From the UHGV virus genome UHGV-0204105: 64,000 nt of DNA; one strand, 5' to 3'. Below the pieces are notes generated by a model. The model was not told where the DNA came from and searched no databases. It was given only the letters and a program-made list of their open reading frames with translations. Positions 1 to 9,609 of this stretch are shown here, in pieces. How positions within the stretch are numbered: the first letter of the stretch is position 1; each line of letters begins with the position of its first letter. The position numbers and the translations under genes were made by a program. The stretch is from a virus.

Positions 1-468
1 ATGGGTAAAGACGCGAAAAACGGACCTGCTTGCCTTGCGATTGAATGGCGAATTTTTGACGGCGAAGAACAGGCATCTGTGAACGCCCGCGAACTTTGGA
101 AAGCGCTGGGGAGCAAAAGGCAGTTCGGGAACTGGATTAAAGACAGGCTATCTTACTTTGAGGCAGAAAGAGATTACGTATCTGAAAAGCTCGTAAACGT
201 TGAAAACAGCGGTCGATTTGCTCCTACGGAATACTGGGTTACCGTTGACGTCGCAAAACATTTTGCGTCGCTGGAACGCAACGAGCGTGGCAAGAAAATC
301 CGGCGAATTTTGCTTGAGTATGAAAAGTACATGCAACGCGAGGAAATCGCAAAAGAATATGTGGAAACGCTAATTTCTGTGCTCGGCATGGAAGAGATTG
401 CATACCGCCTCAGCGTGTACGACGATCTGCTTAAAATCGCGAAAGAAAACGGCTATACAGGGGATTAA
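1..468 (+). CDS. AntA/AntB-family antirepressor
   Basis: VNARELWKALG..RQFGNWIKDR...EYWVTVDVAKHF..LERNERGKKIRR matches the AntA/AntB pattern; the start lies at the window edge. Confidence 0.75.
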   Translation: MGKDAKNGPACLAIEWRIFDGEEQASVNARELWKALGSKRQFGNWIKDRLSYFEAERDYVSEKLVNVENSGRFAPTEYWVTVDVAKHFASLERNERGKKIRRILLEYEKYMQREEIAKEYVETLISVLGMEEIAYRLSVYDDLLKIAKENGYTGD

Positions 469-476
469 TCGGTATC

Positions 477-1538
477 ATGGCTATCACCTACAAGTACGCG
501 ATTGACGGCGATACGTGGAGCACGGACGCGAACGGGACTACAACCCTGACGCGCGAGTTGGTGTTTGAGCTTACCGGAGCGGATTATGGCAAGCTCGAAC
601 GGCTCTACAAGAGCGATAAAGCTCCTCAAATCCCTGTAAAGGGCGCGGCGCATCCTAACAATTCGCTTTTTAAGGCGACTGGGGAAAAGTCTGTGCGTAA
701 AGAGGCAGACGGCAAGAACGCTGTTGTTACAGTCAAATACTCTTGCGATGATAGTGTAGAGGATACGAACGGGGAGAAGAAGCCATGGGAACTGGGTTTT
801 TCGTCCCTGTCAACGTCGGTGGAAGTCATTGCAAAGCCTATGTTGCGTGATGTCACAGGAGCTCCTGTAGAATCCACGTCCGGAACGGGAATCGAGGTGG
901 TGCATGACGAAAGGCATGTTATCTTGCGTGCAACCTATGCGGTGGAGAGGTTTGACGCGGGCTGGATTGAGAAGTACAGCGGAACGGTCAACGAAAAAGA
1001 AATGCGGTTCGGGGAGAAATTCAAGCTCCGCGCGGGCATGTGGCGAATTCGGGACCTTTCTGGAACGAACGTAAAGACCACGGATGACAAAGGCAAGGTG
1101 AAGTGGAACTACTACAACGTATCAATTGAGATTGAGGGCGTTCCGTGGGTAGACGTAAACTACGACAAATACGAAAAGTTTTACAAGTATTCTGGCGGTT
1201 CGTGGGTTGAGCTCGGGAGGGGGCAACTTAGCGGTTTTGCAACGGTTGTAGGTAATCGGTCAACACGGATGGTTGTTGGCTCTGGCAGTAAAAAGCAGAC
1301 GGTACGTATACACCAGTGCAAAAAGACGAATTCAGATCCCTTTTTTGGCTCCTACGAAGAGTGCTTTAAGGTTGCCTCCAATCAGAACGGCGTTGAAGAG
1401 GTATCGGAGCCCGTATGGCTGAAAATGGACGGCACGCCGGAACTTCCGGACGCAAACGGTAAAGTTATCCATAACTGGCTATGCTACAAGGATTTTGAAT
1501 CTAAAGACTGGTCGGCATTGTCGTTCCCGAAAAAGTGA
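477..1538 (+). CDS. Putative distal tail/baseplate structural protein
   Basis: 353 aa, first gene of the tail-tip cluster; no family recognised. Confidence 0.45.
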   Translation: MAITYKYAIDGDTWSTDANGTTTLTRELVFELTGADYGKLERLYKSDKAPQIPVKGAAHPNNSLFKATGEKSVRKEADGKNAVVTVKYSCDDSVEDTNGEKKPWELGFSSLSTSVEVIAKPMLRDVTGAPVESTSGTGIEVVHDERHVILRATYAVERFDAGWIEKYSGTVNEKEMRFGEKFKLRAGMWRIRDLSGTNVKTTDDKGKVKWNYYNVSIEIEGVPWVDVNYDKYEKFYKYSGGSWVELGRGQLSGFATVVGNRSTRMVVGSGSKKQTVRIHQCKKTNSDPFFGSYEECFKVASNQNGVEEVSEPVWLKMDGTPELPDANGKVIHNWLCYKDFESKDWSALSFPKK

Positions 1539-1556
1539 GAAAGCGAGAAAATCATC

Positions 1557-1907
1557 ATGGCTGACAGCGTACAAGTATACAAGCGCACGCCGGAGCGTGA
1601 CAGAATTTTAACCGCCGTTCCGCGCCGTTCACACGTCCCAACGGGAAACAAGGTGCAGAATGTGAGTACGAGGAGGGGGAAAGAATCTGATTCTGAACAG
1701 GATGTCTTTGTTTGCAAAATTTCCAGTTTGCAATCGGGGGCTATACCTATGTATAATGGGACCATGTATTCTTCTCTTGATATTGAGGGACAAGGAACTC
1801 CGTGTGTGGTTTGCCCGTTGGAAATTGCCGGGAATACGGATTTGTCCGGAATGTATTGCTTGGCCCACAAAATAACAATCCCGAAAACTGGGGAAGATAT
1901 AGAATGA
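1557..1907 (+). CDS. Hypothetical tail-region protein
   Basis: 116 aa; ATGA overlap with the next gene. Confidence 0.5.
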   Translation: MADSVQVYKRTPERDRILTAVPRRSHVPTGNKVQNVSTRRGKESDSEQDVFVCKISSLQSGAIPMYNGTMYSSLDIEGQGTPCVVCPLEIAGNTDLSGMYCLAHKITIPKTGEDIE

Positions 1908-2749
1908 GTTTTTGTAAATATTGGGGCAAATTTCATATTCCGAAAACGCCTACGACCATTGATGAAACGGAGGATATTTGGTGGTCAGATGGTACGAAAG
2001 ACATTAATTTTTTGTCCGCTAATAATTATATTATATCAAAAAGTTTTACGGGGAATCTAGTATGTCGTCTAGGCACGTTTGAACCTGTTTACAGAAATGT
2101 AAACGGAGGAATTTATTTTGTCTCAAGCGGATGGTTTTTGTATCGTGTAGGCGTTAATCAATGGGTTATATCAAATCGGCTTGGCTTGGGGCTGTCTTTA
2201 AGCGGTATAGGAGGCTATGTTGGTAACTTTAGCGACCCGTTCGGGGACGCTGAGTTTGAATTCAAACCGTCCGGTTCATTTATAACAGAAAATGAGACTT
2301 TAGCCAATCTTGGGAGAGCGCCTCGCTACGATTCAGTGTTCTTGAAATGGGATTGGGAGTATTGGAAGAGAACAAAAAATGATACGCGTTACGGCGAATA
2401 CGTAAATTCGAAAACCACAGAAAAGAGATATGTCGGCTATCCGGCTTGGAAAAGCGGAGCAGATGCCATTTATCTGAAAACAGGAAGTAAGACGTATACT
2501 GGAATTACTCATATTGCGGATGGCGACAAGTGGGTTATTGGTACGTATCAAGATGAAAACGGATGGTACGAAAGTAACAGAGAGCCTAGCAAAGATAAAA
2601 CTACGACATTTAAATTTACGTTACCCGAAAACTCTGAAAAAAAAGAGCAAATGGACGACATAGTTTTGACTTTTGACAAGTATGTAGATGGGCGTGAACT
2701 TGGGCTGTCTAAAGATGTTTTTGTGTTTGAGGTGGCAGTATGGAAATAA
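1904..2749 (+). CDS. Hypothetical tail-region protein
   Basis: ATG at 1904 is coupled to the upstream TGA; aromatic-rich protein in AT-rich DNA. Confidence 0.55.
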   Translation: MSFCKYWGKFHIPKTPTTIDETEDIWWSDGTKDINFLSANNYIISKSFTGNLVCRLGTFEPVYRNVNGGIYFVSSGWFLYRVGVNQWVISNRLGLGLSLSGIGGYVGNFSDPFGDAEFEFKPSGSFITENETLANLGRAPRYDSVFLKWDWEYWKRTKNDTRYGEYVNSKTTEKRYVGYPAWKSGADAIYLKTGSKTYTGITHIADGDKWVIGTYQDENGWYESNREPSKDKTTTFKFTLPENSEKKEQMDDIVLTFDKYVDGRELGLSKDVFVFEVAVWK

Positions 2750-4614
2750 GCGTAAACAATAATATAATTCCTGAAAAATGGGTGGATTTTGAGCGGAATC
2801 CCGGACTGGCTATTGCTTGCTTGGTGGAGGCGTTTAACGAACGGCTTGCACTGTTGGATAACAATCAAGGCTTTTCGGTTTCCAGCTCTATAAAATTTGT
2901 GCAAGGATTTACTGCGTTTGATTATGACATTATCTTATATTTAAGAGATGGAATATCTGCGTGCTTGCGCTATTTTTATGATCTGGATTATGACGAAAAG
3001 CACCTTGAAGAGCACAAAGGTAACTTAAAAACGCTGGATTTGAACAGCTTTAACAATGATACAGTAGACAAGTTTATCAACATCCCGCCGCGCGGAAGCC
3101 TTATTGGATCATTTAAGGATTTTTATGGTGCGTGCAAAGCAATCCTACAAAAAATGACTGCGATACATTTTACCGGGGATGTCTACTCGCTGAAAGAGCA
3201 TTATACATCAGGAGCTCTCCACTATAATGATTTCGGAGATGTGCCAATTCAACCTCCTATTGATTGGTTTAAAATAATGCTGGAGCAAACAGGCAATTTT
3301 ACAAAGACTTGCAACGCAACCGCGAATCTTGATTACGTAAAATATGATTTTGATTACAAGGTATATAATGTTTATTCAACGGGAAATTTTTGCAATCATG
3401 TCTATTTAGGCGAAAAAAAAGAAGACGGAGAAAGTAGGTTGAAGGATATTCAGTATTATAAAACGTCAAAGAACGCTATGCAAGAAATAGTAAAACGTTC
3501 CGGCATAAACTCGATTGATATTATGACATATAGTAAAGTGTGGTTTGCTTTTATTGACTTTGTAGAAAATAAAGCTCCATCCTATTTTAGAAAAAGCGAT
3601 GTTGATTATATGTCAGAACATCTTGTGCAAGGTAAAGACAATAAAGACGGGTATTCCGTTGTAGATGCATTCACTCGGTTTGAGGAGTGTTTGAACTATG
3701 TAGACATGTCTATTTTCCCCTCAGATATTAAAGATGATATAAATTATATTATAAAAAATTTTTATCTAACTGTAGACAATCAATCTGACTGGATAGTGTC
3801 TCATAGTCAACATTGGTACAAAAACGAAGATTTTAGTTATTACAGTAAAAATATTGAAAAGTTTATTAATATTGATTGGAATGGTTCTAGTGCCAGTGAC
3901 AGAAAAAATGCAAGATTTTTTTTTGACACAATGTCGTTATATTATAAATATCCTAGAAACTATCCTGATTTTTTGAAATCTCTAAAAAGAGGCTTTGGGG
4001 ATGATTGGAATTATAATATTGGAAGCGTGTGGGTGGATGATTTTAACTCGTACCATTCTGATAGTCTTACACGCGGGGCTTGGTGGGGTGCGGATTTTTC
4101 AGAAGATGATATTTTTGCTTTATCTCACAGTTACGGTTCTTCCAATCCGCTTATGTTTACGGCAGCTATGTTGTACCTAAACAGAAAGCATTATAATTGG
4201 GATTGGTATACTTTTTCTGCATGTTTTAAAAGAGAGGCAGTTAAAATTTTTTATATAGACAATAAAAATAAAACAAACGATTGTCTTGTTAAAATTAGAT
4301 TCAAAATATCGCCAAAAGAAAAAAACTCTCTATATTATTACGACAAGTCTAATAGTATTTACAAAAAATATAAAGATTCTGGCGGTGAAACAATTGTAAC
4401 CCCTACTAATTTGCCTTCTTCATTGAAAATCGGCTGGCATAAAGGCGCGGAATTTAAATGGAGCGAAAAAATAAACGTTGATTGGCTTGATATGGAAGCC
4501 TGGATTCCGTCCGCTGATGACATGAAAAACTTTGAACGGGGGGTGGGCTTATGCGGAATAGAGGGAGAAATTTACATTATTCTTGACTACAAAAACGGCT
4601 TGAAGTTTAAGTGA
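2740..4614 (+). CDS. Hypothetical 624-aa protein (AT-rich, tail region)
   Basis: Long ORF with GAGG RBS, visibly more AT-rich than its flanks. Confidence 0.6.
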   Translation: MEISVNNNIIPEKWVDFERNPGLAIACLVEAFNERLALLDNNQGFSVSSSIKFVQGFTAFDYDIILYLRDGISACLRYFYDLDYDEKHLEEHKGNLKTLDLNSFNNDTVDKFINIPPRGSLIGSFKDFYGACKAILQKMTAIHFTGDVYSLKEHYTSGALHYNDFGDVPIQPPIDWFKIMLEQTGNFTKTCNATANLDYVKYDFDYKVYNVYSTGNFCNHVYLGEKKEDGESRLKDIQYYKTSKNAMQEIVKRSGINSIDIMTYSKVWFAFIDFVENKAPSYFRKSDVDYMSEHLVQGKDNKDGYSVVDAFTRFEECLNYVDMSIFPSDIKDDINYIIKNFYLTVDNQSDWIVSHSQHWYKNEDFSYYSKNIEKFINIDWNGSSASDRKNARFFFDTMSLYYKYPRNYPDFLKSLKRGFGDDWNYNIGSVWVDDFNSYHSDSLTRGAWWGADFSEDDIFALSHSYGSSNPLMFTAAMLYLNRKHYNWDWYTFSACFKREAVKIFYIDNKNKTNDCLVKIRFKISPKEKNSLYYYDKSNSIYKKYKDSGGETIVTPTNLPSSLKIGWHKGAEFKWSEKINVDWLDMEAWIPSADDMKNFERGVGLCGIEGEIYIILDYKNGLKFK

Positions 4615-4710
4615 TAATATCCTGATAGCCGCCCTCACTGGTTGACAAGTTTCCCATGTTTTGAAGCGACTAGTCAATTATAAAACCATAGCCGGGGAAA
4701 GGGCTTGAAA

Positions 4711-7700
4711 ATGTCGGTTACGTTGATATACGTTGATGTGAACACGGGGGACTGCTACAGCGAGAGCGGAGGGCAGTTTGTGAACGGCAATCGCCTTGTA
4801 AGTTACCTTGATTCTCACGAAACTTACGAGCTGCATTACGTGACGAACGGAGGAACGGCTGGAACGCCTGACAAGTGGGATAAATACACGGGCTTTACGG
4901 GAAGTCCGGTTGCGTCCATGTTCGGCATTGACAATAACGTTATCCACCAGTTTGAAGCGAAACTTGCGGGGGCGGGGGCGATTGCAAAGGGCGACAGCGT
5001 GACAAGTATCACGGCAACGCTTGCGGCTGAAGAAATGCTTGTACCGAAAACGGGCTTCCTGCTTTTACGGAACGGCGCGGGAGAAGAGCAAACTTTTGCG
5101 TATACGGCACGCACGAAAGGAACCGGAACTTACACGTTTACGATTACAGCAACGGCGGCAACTTACGCATTCGCGGCGGGCGATACAGTCGGCGTTCCGG
5201 AAGCTCTGATGGTCAAGGCGGAGGGCGTGTACAACGAAGAGAGCAACGCGCTGAATTGGGTTGACGATACTCGCAAGGATGAAGGAATTTTTACCGTTCA
5301 TTTCTGGATGATGAGTGACAAGGTAATGTCCTTTTTCGACTTTGAGACTACTGAAGAAATGGACGTAAGATTCGAACACGCTATTTCCATTTCCGGAGAC
5401 GTCGTTCGGCGAGTTCAGCAACAGATGTACATAAAAAAGCCGCTTCTGTTCAAAAATCCCTCCGCAAGCGTGCCTAACGTTAACGCGCAGGGGATTGCAA
5501 ATCAGGCGTGGGTGCTGTCACTTCTGCGCGATACGACAGAAGTTGAGTATTCTGTCGATGGGACATCCGGATGGCACGCGGAAGCTACGGAAAGCGATAA
5601 GTATTACCACGAACGCCCGAAAAGCCTTGGCGGCGAATGGGGAGCGGCGAAAAAGCGGTACCGTGGCGCGGCAGGACAGATTAAAAGCGTGACTGCTGTC
5701 ACAGGCGAGGCGGGGACGGAAGCGAGCGTTGAAAACACCGGAAGCAGTTCTGAAGCTGAACTGAAATTCACGATTCCGAAGGGTGCGAAAGGCGATACAG
5801 GCGCGGCGGCGGGATTCGGAACCCCGACGGCGAAAGCGACGGCGGTAGCGGCTGGGGGGAATCCTTCGGTTGAAGTGACGGCAAGCGGGGACAATACGTC
5901 AAAAATTTTCAACTTTACTTTTGGAATTCCGGCTGGACCGCAAGGCGCGGCGGCGGGATTCGGGACGCCTACTGCCACGACTGAAACGCTTGAGGCGGGA
6001 AATAACGCGGAAGTCTCGATTGCGGCAAGCGGGGAAAACAGCGCGAAAATATTTGCTTTCACATTCAAAATTCCGCGCGGTGATACTGGTTTTGTCGATG
6101 AGGCAACAGCGCTTGATACTAGCGCGGCCGGATATGAAAAAGGGAGTATTGTGACGTTCGGAACGCCCGTTGAAACGTATCAAGTGATTACGGCAACATC
6201 CAAAGGTGAAACTCCGGCTAACGCCTCGGCAAAATTTGTCAAAATCGCGGCGGCTGGAGGAACTGGACCTAAGGGAAATACTGGAGCAACCGGAGCGGCG
6301 GCTGGTTTCGGCACACCGACAGCTACGGCTATTGCGCTCGACTATGGCAAAGCTCCGACTGTGACGGTTACGGCATCCGGAACAAACACGGAAAAAGTTT
6401 TTGCTTTTGCTTTTGGCATCCCTAAGGGCAAGGATGGCACGGACGGAACGGACGGGACAAATGGTACAAACGGCGTGACTTTTACACCCGCCGTAAGTGC
6501 AGATGGCGTTCTCTCGTGGACCAATGACGGCGGCAAACCTAACCCGGCGGCGGTGAGTATCAAAGGTGAGGCGGGAAGCGGCGTAAATCCGAAGGGAGTG
6601 TACAACGCGGCGATGACTTACGCTAAATTTGACATGGTACGTGGAAACGGCGGGCAGTGGGTCAGTAAGGTCGATGACAACACGGGCAACGCGCTTCCGA
6701 CGCTTCCGACGGAGCAGAATGAGTTCTGGTACCTTGGTTCAAAAGACGGAATCAACGGCACGAACGGCGCGGACGGGGAAGACGGAGCAAACGGAGTGAC
6801 TTTCACTCCGGCAGTTTCGGCATCAGGCGACTTGTCATGGACGAATGACGGGGGAAGACCTAATCCGGAAACAGTCAATATCAAAGGAGCGCAGGGCGAA
6901 TCGGCTTACGAAGTATGGAAAGCGCAAGACGGCAACTCCGGCAAGTCCGAACAGGCGTTTTTAGAGGATTTGCGCGGCAAGGCGTTTCGGCACTCTTTTA
7001 CATCGTCCGATGTTACGGCGGGGACACTTACAATCGCGAAAACCGGGATTCCGGTGTCAATCAGCGACGATTCTGGCGTTACATATCCCCTCCAGTTTGG
7101 AACAGCAACAATCGCGGAGGATGGCGGCTCGGTTGCCATTGACATGGTATCCAACGTCGCGGCTATCGGCAAGGCAATTACAGGCACATGGCAAGTCAAT
7201 TTCGCGGCGGGCGCATCCGCAGGAAGTAGCGGGGATACGTGGCAGTATGGTATTGACTATGACACGTCAATCGCGACAGCGTCTACAGCTTGCAAGCGTA
7301 TTCAGGCGGTAAACGGTTCGATTTACTCGGATGTTTCCTCTTTTTCGCAAATGCCGGCGCATAATTTCCGGCGTTGCGTGATGAGCAACCTTGCGACGCG
7401 GACAATTGCCTATTACTTGCATCCCTCTAACTCAAACTTGAAAGAGGATGGCACGGACGCGACGCTTACAGGCGCGGACGGGGATGTTATGGTTGAGATT
7501 CCGATTACACATTGGCGCGTTGATACTTACACAGATGCAAGCGCACATTTGCATTACAGATACCTTGTATCTGACAAGCCGTTCCCCGGTTCCTCGATTC
7601 ATCCGTTCTTTTATGTCTCTCCGGACGGAGCTACGGCACGCGTGCAATATGTGGGGGCGTTCCGGTCGGTCCTTTGCGGTTCGGATGGTACACCTACAGC

Positions 7701-8529
7701 AACTACGGGGCTTACGGAAGCGGCGGCGTATGCGAGCGGTAACAAGTTCCGCTCCCTGCCGATGTATAAGCCTCATTCGGGAGCGACGATTGCGCAGTAC
7801 CGCGCGGGTCATGCGGCGAACAACGGGGGTACGAACGTGAACTGCCTGTTCGGTATGTGGGCAATGCTTATGATGGCGATTGACGCGGGAAGTTTCGATA
7901 CTCAGACGCTGTCGCCGGGCTTTACCAATCTCTCGGCTTTTTCATACGCATCGCTTCGTGAAACGGGTCGGACGCGGTGGTACGGGAACGCGACGGGGAG
8001 CTGCATGGCGGATGTGAGCGGGGCTGACGCAGACATTACCGCGTGGCTGTCCGGGCTGACGCCGGAGAAGAAGATTGTGCAATGGAGCTGGCGCGGGATC
8101 GAGGACCCGTTCGGAGCTCTTACGTATTTTGAGGACGGGTTCCAGAAATTGCCCTCCGGCTATTGGTTTACGCAGTCTACAAGCAAGTACAGCGAGTTTG
8201 ATTCCGTGTTGACAGCGGGGGAAGCATCCGGCGCTTTCCCGCCGTCCGGATATACCGGAAATGCGCTCAGCTGGGTCTATCAGATGTTCCCGACTGCAAG
8301 CGGTTTTATCAAGACTTTTGACCCGAAGACATTTCTTCCGCTTTCTGGCGGAGGGTCCAGCACGACGTATCTTTGCGACAACGTGTACAACGACGCGGCG
8401 ACGGGCGCAAGGGTGATTTACCGCGGTGGGCAACAGTCCGGCGGAGGAGCGGCTGGAATGGGTTGCGTCTATCTGCTCGGCGAGCGTTCGGTATCGTTGA
8501 AATACACGGGCGGGCGGCTGGCATGCTGA
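4711..8529 (+). CDS. Tail fibre/receptor-binding protein with collagen-like repeats and a C-terminal C-type-lectin (Mtd-like) domain
   Basis: G-X-Y runs; three GAAAGFGTPTA..KIF.F.FxIP repeats; two GVTFTPAVS..G.LSWTNDGG.PNP repeats; DVMVEIP, WRGIEDPFG and a terminal RGG...AG.G...GGRL. Confidence 0.8.
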   Translation: MSVTLIYVDVNTGDCYSESGGQFVNGNRLVSYLDSHETYELHYVTNGGTAGTPDKWDKYTGFTGSPVASMFGIDNNVIHQFEAKLAGAGAIAKGDSVTSITATLAAEEMLVPKTGFLLLRNGAGEEQTFAYTARTKGTGTYTFTITATAATYAFAAGDTVGVPEALMVKAEGVYNEESNALNWVDDTRKDEGIFTVHFWMMSDKVMSFFDFETTEEMDVRFEHAISISGDVVRRVQQQMYIKKPLLFKNPSASVPNVNAQGIANQAWVLSLLRDTTEVEYSVDGTSGWHAEATESDKYYHERPKSLGGEWGAAKKRYRGAAGQIKSVTAVTGEAGTEASVENTGSSSEAELKFTIPKGAKGDTGAAAGFGTPTAKATAVAAGGNPSVEVTASGDNTSKIFNFTFGIPAGPQGAAAGFGTPTATTETLEAGNNAEVSIAASGENSAKIFAFTFKIPRGDTGFVDEATALDTSAAGYEKGSIVTFGTPVETYQVITATSKGETPANASAKFVKIAAAGGTGPKGNTGATGAAAGFGTPTATAIALDYGKAPTVTVTASGTNTEKVFAFAFGIPKGKDGTDGTDGTNGTNGVTFTPAVSADGVLSWTNDGGKPNPAAVSIKGEAGSGVNPKGVYNAAMTYAKFDMVRGNGGQWVSKVDDNTGNALPTLPTEQNEFWYLGSKDGINGTNGADGEDGANGVTFTPAVSASGDLSWTNDGGRPNPETVNIKGAQGESAYEVWKAQDGNSGKSEQAFLEDLRGKAFRHSFTSSDVTAGTLTIAKTGIPVSISDDSGVTYPLQFGTATIAEDGGSVAIDMVSNVAAIGKAITGTWQVNFAAGASAGSSGDTWQYGIDYDTSIATASTACKRIQAVNGSIYSDVSSFSQMPAHNFRRCVMSNLATRTIAYYLHPSNSNLKEDGTDATLTGADGDVMVEIPITHWRVDTYTDASAHLHYRYLVSDKPFPGSSIHPFFYVSPDGATARVQYVGAFRSVLCGSDGTPTATTGLTEAAAYASGNKFRSLPMYKPHSGATIAQYRAGHAANNGGTNVNCLFGMWAMLMMAIDAGSFDTQTLSPGFTNLSAFSYASLRETGRTRWYGNATGSCMADVSGADADITAWLSGLTPEKKIVQWSWRGIEDPFGALTYFEDGFQKLPSGYWFTQSTSKYSEFDSVLTAGEASGAFPPSGYTGNALSWVYQMFPTASGFIKTFDPKTFLPLSGGGSSTTYLCDNVYNDAATGARVIYRGGQQSGGGAAGMGCVYLLGERSVSLKYTGGRLAC

Positions 8530-8563
8530 AAAACAACATGGCAAAAAATAGGAGTTATAAAGC

Positions 8564-9268
8564 ATGATTGAGACTATCGAGACGCTTCCGGCGGGATTTC
8601 ATCCGGAGTTTTTCCGGGAGACGGAATCTTTTACCGCTCCGGAAATTCGACGCGAGGGAATGACAGTCTATTTCCCGGCGTTTGTAAGGGCTATAACGAA
8701 CGAAAACGACGAATACGGTATAACTGTCACGTATCGCTATTTTGACGTTCCTATACCCTTTACTGGGCAGGATTTGACAAATGAGGATGAGTTCGCATTT
8801 GTGAATTACGCGGCGATCCGCAAGTTTTTTTACGGCACGCAGGAAATGCAAGCGGAACTTCGTGACGATTTTGTGTGGGAGGCGCATAGGCAAGCGGTCA
8901 GAAGCGCGTTTCCAAAGGCGGCAGGGGCGGTGAATGAACTTGCGCAACGGTTCAAGGCAATCAAGGCGACATTCTGGGCGGCTGTTGATGAAGTGTGCTC
9001 TAAAGTCGGAAAAACTCGTGCAGATTTGCCCGTATCGGGCGGGTTTAACGCGGAGCAGATGGTTGCTTTTGCCATTGAGAACGGCATGAGCGCGGCTGAC
9101 ATTGCCTCGTATACAAGCAAGTTTGCAATCATCAGCTTAAACTTGCTTCAGAATAACCGGAATTGGGATGAACTCTTTGTGGACATTCCGGCTCCTGCGG
9201 CGACTGAAACAACGACTGAAACAACTGAAGCAACAACTGTAACCACAGCAGAAAACGGGGAGGAATAA
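8564..9268 (+). CDS. Hypothetical protein (possible fibre chaperone or accessory)
   Basis: AGGAG RBS; directly follows the fibre gene; T/E-rich C-terminus. Confidence 0.55.
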   Translation: MIETIETLPAGFHPEFFRETESFTAPEIRREGMTVYFPAFVRAITNENDEYGITVTYRYFDVPIPFTGQDLTNEDEFAFVNYAAIRKFFYGTQEMQAELRDDFVWEAHRQAVRSAFPKAAGAVNELAQRFKAIKATFWAAVDEVCSKVGKTRADLPVSGGFNAEQMVAFAIENGMSAADIASYTSKFAIISLNLLQNNRNWDELFVDIPAPAATETTTETTEATTVTTAENGEE

Positions 9269-9273
9269 GCACC

Positions 9274-9606
9274 ATGCCTTTTACGGAAAAGTTTTACACT
9301 GACGCGGAAATGACACAAACTCCTCCGGCTGGAACTCGGGTTATTTTCCAGGGTTACTCGGACGGCACGGCAAGCGGCGACAAAGTCTTGCGGTATAAAG
9401 ATGAAAACGGGGAATTCGGCACGGTTTCGGCAAGCGGTTCCGGAGGAGGAAGTGCGCCTGAGCAGGAGATGGCGATTACGTGGGGCGTTCTTGCTTCTGT
9501 TACGGACGCTTCAAGTTTTACGGGGACGGCGCAAGCTCTGAAATCGGATGGGACTTTAAGTCTTCCCGGTGCTGTGACATACGACTTTACAAAACCGGAG
9601 GCGTAA
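9274..9606 (+). CDS. Hypothetical structural protein
   Basis: GGAGG RBS; 110 aa. Confidence 0.55.
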   Translation: MPFTEKFYTDAEMTQTPPAGTRVIFQGYSDGTASGDKVLRYKDENGEFGTVSASGSGGGSAPEQEMAITWGVLASVTDASSFTGTAQALKSDGTLSLPGAVTYDFTKPEA

Positions 9607-9609
9607 GGC

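Noticed and set aside
8400..9300. Complete diversity-generating retroelement
   Set aside because: No reverse transcriptase, avd or template repeat found in the window
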